Shown here piece after piece: positions 12,711-24,668 of a DNA stretch of 64,000 bases. Made by a program: the position numbers and the translations under genes. This DNA comes from Octopus sinensis (lineage: Eukaryota). The stretch lies in assembly GCF_006345805.1 (NCBI RefSeq), contig NC_043020.1, positions 1,488,001 to 1,552,000 of the forward strand, given 5' to 3'. Within the stretch, counting starts at the first letter, position 1. Each line of letters opens with the position of its first letter. The notes under the pieces were generated by a model that was given only the letters and a program-made list of their open reading frames with translations, was not told the DNA's origin and did not search any database.

Positions 12711-13010
12711 CTCTCAATATATAAATGGCAAAATGTCTGTCTGTGTGTGTGCGTACGTATTCTTTATGCAAATCCACAATTTTTCCGTTAGAGGGCTCGC
12801 ACTTTCTATGGTCATTCAAAACCGTCCAAGGGTGGTCGTGCACATCTTTACATTTCCCCAGTCACCCCGCTAAGCCATTAAAAAATCAATAGAAGTGACC
12901 TTTTTTGTGAATTTTCTATCCAAAACCCAATCAAAATGCCGGAAACTTGATACGCCAATTGAATGCCAGCTAGCTGTATGTGATTGGTCGGAGATTTGGA
13001 CAGTACTCGT
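12711..13010 (+). mobile_element. Non-autonomous Helitron-like 5' segment
   Basis: tctctcaatatataaatggcaaaatgtctgtctgtgtg start resembles TC-initiated non-autonomous Helitron ends. No 3' CTRR end was identified. Confidence 0.4.
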
Positions 13011-13395
13011 GTGTATGTGCGCACACACGCAGCTGTATATGCATGCACTAGCTCTATGACCCGGCGTTGTCGGCTCATAGAGCTAGGTATAAATATATGC
13101 ACTGTTATTTTATACATTCGTGTGTGTGTGTATGTGTATGTGTGTGTGTGTATGTATGTATGTGTGTGTGTGTGTGTGTGTGTAATACTGATGTGCTATC
13201 AGTGCTTGTTTTTGTACTTAAAGGTTACTATACCCAAAGACTTTACCCCTCGCTGTTTTCGTCAACGAATTAAATACATTAAATTTACTAGATACGTAAG
13301 ACAGCGGTCACGGCTGCCATGTCTTTAACACCGTGGCCCCTAATAAAAGAAATACACTGAGTAACACTGAGTTTCTCTTGCTTGCAACATTTATA

Positions 13396-14525
13396 CAAGG
13401 TGCGGTGAATAAATTGTCGTCTAAATTACGCAAAAATGAAAATAACTCTGACGTCTCATTTTACCAAAATTTACCAAAATTACATAAAAAATATCTTGAA
13501 GTACTAAAGAGTAAATTTATTCAATAAAATCGCCACCTTGAGAATCTCCTGCGACTCTTCTGGATGGTCTCTTTGTTTAAGTTGGTGAATGCTGCCATAA
13601 TCCTTGCCTTCAGTTCATCTTTGGTGTTACAAGGAGTTCTGCTGGGCTTTCGCTCAACTGCGTCCCACACTTAATAATCAAGGCGGTTGCACAGTTGGGA
13701 TTTAGGTCGCCAGATGTTAGGGGTGATGTGGTCGCAGATATTATCTGACAGCCATGACTGGGTTCTCTTGCTTCAGTGGCATGGTGCAGAGTCCTGTTAC
13801 CAGACATAGGGTCTTCCAGCAGCTACCCTCTTGACCCATGATAGTACAAATATATGAGAAATTACCACCTGTGTCATCTCTTATGAAAGGTAGAAGAGTC
13901 CAGTTTGCTGGACATTGTTGTAGAGCTGAAAAAGAAGTAATTTCTACTCTTCTCCTCTGGAAGCCATCTACTCGCAATACCAGAGGGCGCACACTCTCCT
14001 ACCCCGATGTAATCTCCAGGGATACAGGTATCCAGCAACAGGACCTCCGTAATGCTATGATGGACCGTGAGGTCTGGTGTAACATAGTAAATTCCATTGT
14101 CTCGACCACGGTCGAACAATGATGATGATGATGATAGTACAACCTCTTCCAGGCACTTGTTGGAGGCCTCTGTGTTGAGTATGAGGCCGTGTGGGAAGAG
14201 GAATGGAGGCAAAACGTCGCCATCACTAGTGATTACTCCAAACACCATGTGGACTGGATGTTTGATTTGCATCACACTCGGTACATGTCCTCAGATTGAA
14301 CCCAAACACTCTGAAATGTTCGTATTGGCGCTTCCAGCGCGAATGCCAAGCAGTACAGCATGTCATTTCCTAATTTCTGGCAGAGTGAATTGCGTCATGG
14401 TGCTGTTTTTCTCATAGACGGTGCCCAGCTGACCCTACCATACTGTGTAGTCGACAAAATAAAAACAGACAATGCGCATGCGCGAAATGAAATATATAAA
14501 TGGTGACAATTTACCCCTCCCCCTG
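13396..14525 (-). mobile_element. maT-family (DD37D) Tc1/mariner element, internally deleted, interrupted by an RTE fragment
   Basis: Minus: MVFGVITSDGDVLPPFLFPHGLILNTEASNKCLEEVVL|SWVKRVAAGRPYVW*QDSAPCH..WRPKSQLCNRLDY; 37 residues counted between the QD and LD aspartates. Degenerate TIRs ta-caaggtgcggtgaataaattgtc / gacaatttacccctccccctg. Confidence 0.85.
13850..14130 (+). mobile_element. RTE-clade LINE 3' fragment with (TGA)n tail and 12-bp TSD
   Basis: IYEKLPPVSSLMKGRRVQFAGHCCRAEKEVISTLLLWKP..GRTLSYPDVISRDTG..AMMDREVW..STTVEQ* then (tga)n. TSD atgatagtacaa at 13838-13849 and 14131-14142. Confidence 0.9.
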
Positions 14526-14544
14526 TGTATATGTATGTATGTAT

Positions 14545-14878
14545 GTATATGATACAGCCTTTGATTACCCGATCGCGCGGTTAAACCATTGGGAGTGAGG
14601 GACTCCTAGCGTTTGTTAGGGCATCCTTCTAGGAGAAGGTAACTCAGGTAACTGGAATAACTCCGACATAAAACCTGCGGCTCAGTGGTTACCAATGATG
14701 TTAACTTGTTCTTCTTTTCGGATTATGGCTGCTGTTGCTTAGTGAGTGGGATTGACTCAGTGCACAGCCTTTCCTCACTTTATAAAAAATCTTCTTGCAC
14801 AGGCATTGCACAATAACAACATTGATTAAGCTTCGTGCAATGGCCATACTCGATAACGAGGGGGCAGCCACCACCATG
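14545..14878 (+). mobile_element. Short non-coding retroposon, possibly RTE-derived, ending in (ATGT)n
   Basis: The 3' end ttgattaagcttcgtgcaatggc(c/t)atactcgataacgagggg.cagccacca recurs at ~37280-37330. The ctaggagaaggtaactc segment resembles, from memory, RTE 5' UTRs. Confidence 0.5.
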
Positions 14879-14893
14879 TATGTATATATTTAT

Positions 14894-15170
14894 AAAGGGG
14901 TTGGACAAAAATAATGGAAACACCTAGCATCATAGCATCATAATTTTGAAATATCTATAAAACCATCAAAGGCTTGTTTATTTTTATGTGTTTTGATTTA
15001 TTATTAATGTTGCTTAATATGTTTTGCTAAAATTGTTGTTTCTTTTCAGATATCATCAGAAAAAGGCAATTAAAATTCATGAAAAATGACAGATCTATTG
15101 GACTTTCAAAGAGGTCAAATTGTTGGTGTACGTATGGCAGGCGCTAGCGTAACGAAAACAGCCGAAAACT
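14894..15170 (+). mobile_element. Tc1-like transposon 5' end (TIR and start of paired-like HTH)
   Basis: ta-aaggggttggacaaaaataatggaaacac TIR-like start; MTDLLDFQRGQIVGVRMAGASVTKTAE. Confidence 0.8.
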
Positions 15171-15248
15171 GAAAGAAACCCGTAGTATACACACACACAC
15201 CACACACACGTCACATACATACACAGGTGAGCTCATAAGTGCAAAACA

Positions 15249-15348
15249 NNNNNNNNNNNNNNNNNNNNNNNNNNNNNNNNNNNNNNNNNNNNNNNNNNNN
15301 NNNNNNNNNNNNNNNNNNNNNNNNNNNNNNNNNNNNNNNNNNNNNNNN
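15249..15348. other. Assembly gap (100 N)
   Basis: Run of N. Confidence 1.
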
Positions 15349-15569
15349 TCCTCCACTATCCATGACCTCATCTCCTCCTCCCGTCTCCCCAACCTCATCG
15401 TCCGCACCCCTTGCACCATTTACCTCATTTACCTCCTAAATTCTATGTCTTTGTGCAGCTGAAGATTGCTCTGCATTTTAAATTGATGTAATGATTGCAT
15501 TGTTCAATTAAATGTAGTAGCATGAAACGATCGTACTGCATTGCCTCTGGATATCTTGTTGCTTTTTTG

Positions 15570-15619
<50 letters not shown>

Positions 15620-15639
15620 TATTATATATATATATATAT

Positions 15640-15676
<37 letters not shown>

Positions 15677-15934
15677 AATATAATAGTTAAGAGGAATGTA
15701 TATCCCTGCAGGTACTGTGTTCGCTTTCCTGGTTTACCTGGCTAACCTTAGTTAGGTTTACTATACTCGACTGATCCTCATTTCAGTAAATCCATATGTC
15801 CTTATAAAGACTGCATAGTGCCGGTAGAGAAGAATAATAAATTAATAACTATCAGGAAAACAGATATAATATTATATATCTATATATATTATATATATAT
15901 ATATATATATTATTATATATATATATATATATAC

Positions 15935-16335
15935 TACTCTCTCTTTACTCTTTTACTTGTTTCAGTCATTTGACTGCGGCCATGCTGGAGCACCGCCTTT
16001 AGTCGAGCAAATCGACCCCGGGACTTATTCTTTGTAGGCCAGTACTTATTCTATCGGTCTCTTTTGCCGAACCGCTAAGTGATGGGGACATAACACACCA
16101 GCATCGGTTGTCCAGCAATGCTAGGGAGACAAACACAGACACACAACCCCACCACACCACACACATATACATATATATACATATATACGACAGGCTTCTT
16201 TCAGTTTCCGTCTACCAAATCCACTCACAAGGCATTGGTCGGCCCGGGGCTATAGCAGAAGACACTTGCCCAAGATGCCACGTAGTGGGACTGAACCCAT
16301 AACCATGTGGTTGGTTAGCAAGCTACTTACCACAC
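15935..16335 (-). mobile_element. SINE B, near full length
   Basis: Full head, body and tail as at 33415. Confidence 0.92.
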
Positions 16336-16899
16336 ACACATATATATACACATCCAAGTGTTATTATACAGCTAACCACATCTTCGTCCTGAAAAACTGG
16401 CGTGGTGGAGATTGCTCTTTCAAAGTGTCGGTTGTTAAAGCACTTAAAAGTCATGGACAGGCGAGATAACTCCCCATAAATCGCATCCAATTGGCGTCGA
16501 TGCTTCGTCATTTTGTACGTTTATCAACATCACGTTCTCGAATAGAATCGGAGGTGAACCATACCGACAGTCCACGATCTTTATGCCACATAGTGTGAAA
16601 ACTATGTGCTGGTATGCCCGGACAATACATACGTAAGAATAAATTCAGATATGAAACAGAAGCAACGCTTGTGTAATAAACATTCATATTTGAATTGAGT
16701 TTTACGTATTGCTGAACCGCTAAGTTACGCTTCACGTAAATATACCAACATCGGTTGTCAAGCGATGGTCGGGACACAAACACAGACACAATGACACACA
16801 CATACACACACACACACACATCTTTTAGTTTGGTCTACCAAATCCACTCACAAGGCTTTAGTCGCCCCGAGGCCGTAATTGTTTTTTTTTTGTTTGTTC

Positions 16900-17203
16900 C
16901 TTCACAAGTCATGCCTGGCGGCTCATAAGGGCCGGTTTCCCGGTTACCTTGGCGTATTGGTTCCCCACCTGGACGGGACGCCGGTCCGTCGCAGTGAGCT
17001 GCAAGATGAAGGAGGAAAGAGTGAGAGAGAGAGAGAGAGTTGTGGCGAAAGAGTCAGCAGAAGTTTCGCCATTTCCTTCGGCCGGAGCTGCGTGGAGCTT
17101 TGGTGTTTTCGCTCATAAACACACACATCGCCCGGTCTGAAATTCTAACCCGCGATCCCTCGACTGCGAGTCTGCTGCTCTAACCACAAACCATGTGCCT
17201 CCA
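16900..17203 (-). mobile_element. SINE family C with tail U
   Basis: Minus head ggaggcacatggtttgtggttagagcagcagactcgcagtcgaagggatcgcgggttagaat; body agcgaaaacaccaaagctccacg; tail ctgcgacggaccggcgtcccgtccagg. Confidence 0.88.
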
Positions 17204-17336
17204 CGAACTAAAACCGGATTCCTGTTCTAGGGAAGAAAGCTTCTTACCACGCAGCCATTAAGTTCTTAAGTTTCTCTGCCCCGTTCCTATAACCTGTGTT
17301 AATTCTGTAACCCTTTAAAATAAGAAAGTTCATATT

Positions 17337-17699
17337 AGGCACTTGATGCTTTGGGAACCAGACAAAAATTGCTGCAGCTCGACTGGGATGTGTTACCCCA
17401 CCCTCCATATTCACCAGATATTGCTCCTTCGGATTTCCACTTATTCAGGTCTCTGCAGAATAGTCTTAATGGTAAAAATTTCAATACCTTGGCTGACGTA
17501 AAAAGATACCTTGATGAATTTTTTGCCATGAAACCACCTCAATTCTGGGAATAGGGTTATTTTCAAATTAAAGGAAAGATGGAGACGCATTGCGTAACAA
17601 AATGGTTCATATTTGATTGATTAAAAATATAATAGCAAGTATTTATTGACCTTTTTCTTTCTTTTAAAAATCAACACGAACTTTCCGGACAACCCAATA
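17337..17699 (+). mobile_element. mariner 3' fragment with right TIR
   Basis: TRQKLLQLDWDVLPHPPYSPDIAPSDFHLFRSLQNSL; ends cacgaactttccggacaacccaata. Confidence 0.92.
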
Positions 17700-17994
17700 C
17701 TATATTATCTATCTTTTATAAATTGTTTCACCAAACCAACTTTGGTGTGAAGTGCTAGCAGTAAAGTATTTTCAGGTTTTACTAGGAAAATTTTCATACT
17801 GTCGGGCTGTCGTGTGTGTGTGGTAATATTTATGTCCAGTTATAATCCTTTCTACAAGAGGCACAAAGCCTGAAATTTTGGATGCGATGAGTAGTCAATG
17901 ACATCGACCCCAGTGTTCAACTGGTATTTATTTTATCGTGCTCGATAGGATGAAAGGCAAAGTCAATCCTGGCGGAATTTCAACTCAGAACATA

Positions 17995-18245
17995 AATTAT
18001 TTACATTATTTACAATTGACGGATATTCGTCCCCATCTTTGTTGTTAACACAACGTTTCGGCTGATATACTCTCCAGCCTTCATCAGGTGTCTTGGGGAA
18101 ATTTCGAACCTAGGTTCTCATTCCTAAGGTATTTTTCGATGTTATTATTATTATTATTGTTATTCGATTCCAGGCAGATGAGGATAAATACCCGTCAATT
18201 GTAAATAATGTAAATAATTCCTCATCTCTTAAATATAGTACTGTA
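17995..18245 (-). mobile_element. PLE-like fragment with inverted terminal arms, inserted in an old SINE A
   Basis: Arms ~17996-18038 and ~18177-18219 are inverted. tcagaac is duplicated at 17985-17991 and 18246-18252, where the host SINE resumes. Paralog at ~60110-60240. Confidence 0.7.
18047..18092 (-). ncRNA. Minimal type I hammerhead ribozyme motif (PLE type)
   Basis: Minus: GACAC CUGAUGA A GGCUG gagaguauau CAGCC GAAA C GUU GUGUU. Stem I GACAC/GUGUU, perfect 5-bp stem II, loopless palindromic stem III ACGU. Confidence 0.75.
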
Positions 18246-18294
18246 TCAGAACGTGAAGACAGACGAAATCCCGGCGTGCTGACGAATCTTCTTT

Positions 18295-18505
18295 TCTACT
18301 CTAGGCACAAGGCCCGAAATTTTGAGGTAAGGGCCCAGTCGATTAGATCGACCCCAGTACTCAACTGGTACTTAATTTATCGGCCACGAAAGGATGAAAG
18401 GAAAAGTCGAATTCGGCGGAATTTGAACTCAGAACGTAGCGACGGGCGAAATATCTCTAAGCACTTCGTCCGGCGTGCTAACGTTTCTGCCAGCTCACCG
18501 CTTTA
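18295..18505 (-). mobile_element. SINE A with tail ii
   Basis: Head agcggtgagctggcagaaacgttagc; tail aatttcgggccttgtgcctagagtagaaaaga. Confidence 0.85.
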
Positions 18506-18647
18506 TGTCAGGTAAAAAAAAAAAAAATAGCGTTAAATTGGAAAAATTATCCGATATTTTCTAGAAGAGCACATGTTTCTTAAACTTTTACAAGAATGGT
18601 GACTGGGACTTCGAAATTTCGACCTGCTTGCTTTCGTCCTACGTGTA

Positions 18648-18690
<43 letters not shown>

Positions 18691-18724
18691 TCACACATTC
18701 ACACACACGCACACACACGTATTT

Positions 18725-18910
18725 AATAGTTTCAAATTTTGGCACAAGGCCAGCAATTTTCGCCTCACACACACACACACGCACACGTATATATTAGTTT
18801 CAAATTTTTGCACAAGGCCGGCAATTTTCGCCACACACACACATACACACATACACACACACGTATATATTAATTTCAAATTTTGGCACAAGGCCAGCAA
18901 TTTTCGCCTC
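18725..18910. repeat. Three-copy minisatellite built from SINE A tail ii plus (CA)n
   Basis: tttcaaattttggcacaaggccagcaattttcgcc three times, each followed by (CA)n. Confidence 0.85.
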
Positions 18911-19767
18911 ACACACACACATAAATACACTCAACCACTCACACACATAAATACACTCACCCACTCACACACTCACTCACTCACACATGCACGCACGTGT
19001 ACATATTAAAAGAAGACTATACTGTTGTTACGTTAAATAGCTTTCACCTAATTTTTCTGAAGCGAAATAATATATCGAAAAAAGACCTCCTTTTTCTTTT
19101 TAAATACGAAAACCAACTCAAACCGCCCCTCTTCTATGAAGTCACCGACTTTAAAAAAAATATTCGTTTCTCACTCATTCTCAAAAGATCATTGTATAAA
19201 CTTTATCTTACTACTACATTTATTTCCTTTCTTGTTTTGTGCTTCGACCAGCTGTTGGCTCTGCTAGGCTATAATAGGCAGCGCATGAATCGATATCTCT
19301 TGAGAAAGCTTCAATCGCAGCGCGTTTTTCACTGTCGTAATATATTTTTTATCTCTCATTCGATGACATCAGACGTTGTTTGTAACAGGAAGGCTTCTGC
19401 TTGATGTTGTTGTTGCTGTTAGAACTATTTAACCACAGGTTAAAACATGATCCAGTTGACCAACTAACAAAAGTAATCCTGTCAGGACCACCTCGTCTTT
19501 TGCTTGGGGTATGTAGACTTATGTTATTTAATACATCATGTCCTTATATAAATATAGAGTACGGTAGTTAATTAAAGGTGGAGTTGGCTGCTATTTCTAA
19601 AACCTCGAGTGGTCAAGGAGCGGCTTCCACAGTGGCCAGAAAATGTTGTTATTGTTTGTGTTGTTGTTGTGGATGTTATTGTGTGATCCAACGTCAGCCC
19701 TGATCGAGGTGTCACGTGGTATGCTAGTAACCAGCTGAAAGAGAGAGTTGGCTGCTATTTCTAAAAC

Positions 19768-19927
19768 CAAGGCGGCGAGCTGGCAGACACGTTAGCACGC
19801 CGGGCGAAATGCGGAGCCGTATTTCGTCTGTCGTTACGTTCCGAGTTCAAATTCCGCCGAGGTCGACTTTGCCTTTCATCCTTTCGGGGTCGATAAATTA
19901 AGTACCAGTTACGCACTGGGGTCGATA
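19768..19927 (+). mobile_element. SINE A, 3' truncated into (ATAC)n
   Basis: ggcggcgagctggcagacacgttagc...cactggggtcgat. Confidence 0.9.
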
Positions 19928-20085
19928 CACATACATACATACATACATACATACATAATACACACACATACATATATACATACATGTACACATGAATACA
20001 TACATATCTATATAATACTTACATGTGTGTGCGTGTGTATGTTTGTGTGTGTGTGTATGTTTGTGTGTGTGCGTGTGTATGTCTG

Positions 20086-20118
<33 letters not shown>

Positions 20119-20389
20119 AACAAATGACATATACGTGTAAATTCATGACAGCTATTTCTAACGAATTTGAAAATTGACCAATGAGTAAATCATACCATTA
20201 TCAAAAACCGTTTTCTTGAGGCGAATACAGGAATTCTTCAATCAATGACATTTAAACATTTTTTAATCCACGCCATATGCATGTATGTATATATATATGT
20301 GCGTGTGTGTGTGTGTTTTATGTTTGTTTGTTCTCCACTACTGCTTGACAACCAGCATTGGTGTGTTTACGTCCCTGTAACTATATATA

Positions 20390-20525
20390 TATAGGGAGAG
20401 TTCACGAAAAAAACAAAAGACGAAGACAGGTGGTGTACAAAACAAACAGATGTATTAGTATAACGCTCAGGAATAGAAAAAGTCTTTTATGTTTCGAGCC
20501 TACGCTCTTCTACAGAAAGGGGCAC
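20390..20525 (-). mobile_element. PLE-like terminal fragment abutting (TA)n
   Basis: Paralog of 8545-8672; HHR-like motif at 20484-20519. Confidence 0.55.
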
Positions 20526-20724
20526 AGAAAAAAAAAAAGGAGAGGAAAAAATGTTGTGTAGTGGCTACCGATAAAGCTTCAGTCAAATATAAATTGTATA
20601 TTATATGACTCAGGAATTAGTTATAGATCTTCTTCGTGTATATTCTACATCTTTGTAATTCCTATTGTGTAATGAAACACGTGTAATGGTGATTAAATAA
20701 TACTAATTTTTTCCCAATCTCCTG

Positions 20725-20820
<96 letters not shown>

Positions 20821-21499
20821 CATACGCACACGAAGGGATTTCACACAGTTTCTATCAACCAAATTCTCAAATTCATTTGGAAGGCATCGGAGGACCCGGA
20901 CAATAATTGAAGACACTTGACCAAGGTCCCTTACAAAGAGACCGAACCCCAAACCACGTGGTTCCAAAGAGAGCTTGTTTACCGCATACTGGCCGAGACA
21001 TTATATGTTACTCCGAATATTTTCGTCTTCTGGTGCGTAATATACATTTACTCCTTACTCAAATGTAAACTGAATCCTTCTTTTCATAAAACTAGTTGCG
21101 AATGTTGTACAATGCTTGCTGACACACTTTTCTTGTATTGTTTATCCTTAATTAAATATGGCAGCTCAAACAAAACGAACAAATTGCAGCATTCAAAATG
21201 GCAAATATAAAGAATTGTGAGGAGATAAAATAGATAAGAAAAGGTTAAGGACAATGATGAATGCAAAGGGTGGCCATTTTGAATTGTAGATATTGATGTC
21301 AAATTTTAGCATAGGACCAGCAATTTCAAGGGTCCAAGTCGATTACATTGACCCCCATTGCTCAATTGGCACTTATTTGACCAGACCTGAAAGATGAAAG
21401 GTAAAGTCGACATCGATTGAATTTGAACTCAAAATGTATGATGAAGACGGATGAAATGTCGCTAAGTATTTTAGTCCAGCATGCGCCCTTTTCAAGCCT

Positions 21500-21785
21500 A
21501 GCTAGGCTCATACGCCCAGTTTCCCGGTTTCTGTGGTGTATGTGTTCCCCTCCCCAGCTGGACGGGATGCCAGTCCATCGCAGCGTTACTCAAGAAACAG
21601 GAAGAGAGAGTGAGAGAATGTTGTGGCGAATGAGTACAACAGGGGTCACCACGACCCCCCTGCCGGAGCATCGTGGAGCTTTAGGTGTTTTCGCTAAATA
21701 AACACACACAACGCCCGGTCTGGGAATTGAAACCGCTAAACTCAGACCGCGAGTCCGCTGCCCTAACCACTGGGCCATTCCGCCT
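21500..21785 (-). mobile_element. SINE C with tail U
   Basis: Head ggcggaatggcccagtggttagggcagcggactcgcggtc; tail ctgcgatggactggcatcccgtccagctgg. Confidence 0.88.
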
Positions 21786-21846
21786 CAACATAAACTTTCA
21801 TTTACCAAAACCTAAAACGTTTTTTTTTATGATAACATGGAGAATT

Positions 21847-22227
21847 GGAAGCGCTCCGTCGGTTACGACGACGAGGGTTCCGGTTGATCCAATCAACGGA
21901 ACAGCCTGCTCGTGAAATTAACGTGTAAGTGGCTGAGCACTCCACAGACACGTCACCCTTAACGTAGTTCTCGGGGATATTCAGCGTGACACAGAGAGTG
22001 ACAAGGCCGGCCCTTTGAAATACAAGGTACAACAGAAACAGGAAGTAAGAGTGAGAGAAAGTTGTGGTGAAAGAGTACAGTAGGGATCACCACCATCCCC
22101 TGCCGGAGCCTCGTGGAGCTTTAGGTGTTTTCGCTCAATAAACACTCACAACGCCCGGTCTGGGAATCGAAACCACGATCCTATGACCGCGAGTCCGCTG
22201 CCCTAACCACTGGGCCATTGCGCCTCC
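21847..22227 (-). mobile_element. SINE C with tail T, full length
   Basis: Head ggaggcgcaatggcccagtggttagggcagcggactcgcggtc..gtttcgattcccagacc; tail T with hairpin gttccggttgatccaatcaacggaac. Confidence 0.92.
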
Positions 22228-22544
22228 ACGAACATGGATAATAACTAAATATGTAAGCTGCACCCAGATCATGGTACGTTAATGTTATGGATGTGTGATT
22301 CATAAACATATTTGATGGTTTCTGCTGTGACCTCTAAGAAGAGAGACGCTGTAGATTATATATGTGTAATATTAAATATGTTGAGGCGAGGCCAAGTTAT
22401 GTGTAAACGTTCATAGGTATGGAACAAAACCGGCCAATCCTACACCACAACGCAATAGTCTTCGCTCGAAAGGAGAATACCTGTTCAACACCTTTTCCTT
22501 CGACTAATGCTACTTACCTATCAACATACATCATCATCTAACTA

Positions 22545-22609
22545 ATGTATGTATGTATGTATGTATGTATGTATGTATGTATGTATGTATGTATCTATCT
22601 GTCTATCTG

Positions 22610-22679
<70 letters not shown>

Positions 22680-22797
22680 GATCTAATCTGTCTGTCTGTC
22701 TGTTTCTTTTTCACTTTCTTTTTCTTTTCATTTTCTTTATTTTTTTCCTCTTTGATAAAGTTCCACTGTTTAAGTCGCGCTCTTTCTTTCTCCTTTG

Positions 22798-22828
<31 letters not shown>

Positions 22829-23301
22829 CGCACACTCGCACACACACGTATACAGATAGAACTTGAACTCAGAACGTAACGGCAGACGAAATACGGCCAC
22901 GCATTTCTCCCGGCGTGCCTACCTACCTACCTACCTACCTACCTACCTACCTACCTTCATACCCAAGCAATTCCAGCATTTATCCATTTGAATAAAAGTT
23001 CAAACAACCACAATAAATACGAAACCAAAAGGCTCGTAGACATTCCACAATCAGTGGCGTATCTGTTTCCGGTCACATGACTTAATCGTGTGAGAAAATA
23101 CTTATTCAAACGGGCTCCCTTCCATTTTGTCCCACAAACGCCTCTGAAGGGAACAATGGTTTTGTTTGTTTTCTTTTTCCGTGTCGTCTTTGTACCCGAC
23201 TATAAATGCGTGTGTGTGTGTGTGTGTACACTCACAAAAACATACGCACACATGTACATATGTATATGAATACACACACAGACATACACACACACACACA
23301 C

Positions 23302-23341
<40 letters not shown>

Positions 23342-23535
23342 TATTTGTATATATACATACTCACGGACACAAGATTGTATGAATGCGTACACACATACAC
23401 ACGCACGCGTATATATGCGTTATCTGTTTGTATGTGTGTGATGTATATATATGTATAATATAAATGTATATATATATATGTATATATATTTATGTATATA
23501 TATATGTATACGTATATATATATATATATGTGTAG

Positions 23536-23570
<35 letters not shown>

Positions 23571-23935
23571 GTATATATATATATATATATATATAGATAT
23601 ATATATATATATATATATTATTATAGTATATATATATATATATATATATAGTATAGACATACGTACATATAGACATATACATATATATGGACATACAAAT
23701 ATACGTATATACATAACCACGTGCGCATACATTCGTACATATGACCCCTCATGCATACATACATACATGCATGCATAATTCATACATACATTCATACATA
23801 CTACATATTTGCGAACCTTTATTCTTGTATACCTACCTACTTACCTACCTACCAACCAACCAACCGACCTCACCCACCTACCTACCTACCTGCATTCCTA
23901 TCAACAAACCTATGTGTATAAATGAATATATATGA

Positions 23936-23960
<25 letters not shown>
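22545..23960. repeat. Microsatellite-dense block (ATGT, ATCT, CT, CA, ACCT, AT)
   Basis: Directly visible, with short unique spacers and a SINE A scrap at ~22860-22920. Confidence 0.85.
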
Positions 23961-23967
<7 letters not shown>

Positions 23968-24081
23968 TCATTCCTTTATGCTTTCATTCTTACAAACTTA
24001 AATTATAAAGCAAGCCATTAAGAGAATTGTAAAGACATGTCAAACATCCGAGATATTTAGTTACCTTGTGTGTCTGTGTGT

Positions 24082-24358
24082 GAAAGCGCGTGGCTAAGTG
24101 GTTAGGGTGTTCGGTTCGAGATCGTAAGCTCGCAAAGTTCGATACCCGGTGACGCGTTGTGTCCTTGGGCAAGATACTTTGCATCACGTTGGTCCAGTTC
24201 CACTCAGCTGGCAAAAATGTGTTGTGCCTGTATTTGAATAGGTCAACCATGTCATATTCTGTGTCACGCTGAATATACCCGAGAATGATGTTAGGGGTAC
24301 GCGCTTCTGTGGAGTACTCAGCCACTTGTACGTAAATTACACGTACAGGCTGTTTTGT
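24082..24358 (+). mobile_element. SINE D with tail T
   Basis: gcgcgtggctaagtggttagggtg..gttcgatacccgg..gtgtccttgggcaagatact..cagttccactcagctggcaaaaat..gtgtcacgctgaatat. Confidence 0.88.
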
Positions 24359-24384
24359 TCTGTTATCTATCTATCTATCTAAAA

Positions 24385-24617
24385 GTATATTCTTTTAGTC
24401 TTTTATTTGTTTTAGTCATTTGACTGCGACTTATTCTTTGTAAGCCTAGTAATTGTTCTATCGGTCTATTTGGCCGAACCGCTAAGTTACGGGAACGTAA
24501 ATACGCCAAGCGATTGTGGGTGGAGAAATACAAACACAAAAACACACACACACACACATATATATACATACATACATACATACATACATACATACATACA
24601 TACATACATACATACAT

Positions 24618-24668
<51 letters not shown>

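Noticed and set aside
15144-15439. ORFs spanning the N run
   Set aside because: Artefacts of the scaffold gap.
16368-16460. Possible exon (ANHIFVLKNWRGGDCSFKVSVVKALKSHGQ)
   Set aside because: Weak acceptor, only a GC-type donor, and no recognisable protein; needs RNA-seq or BLAST.
19252-19340. Possible exon after a pyrimidine tract and AG at 19250-19251
   Set aside because: No recognisable product, a weak donor and no partner exons.
19581-19768. 24-bp perfect direct repeat gagttggctgctatttctaaaacc as a TSD
   Set aside because: It is the common tail motif of a dispersed family and the interior is not a recognisable single element; more likely a local duplication or two tails.
21847-22227. 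tRNA-like sequences in SINE heads (A, B, C, D)
   Set aside because: A/B-box-like motifs run straight into SINE bodies without a complete acceptor stem, so they are not called as tRNA genes.
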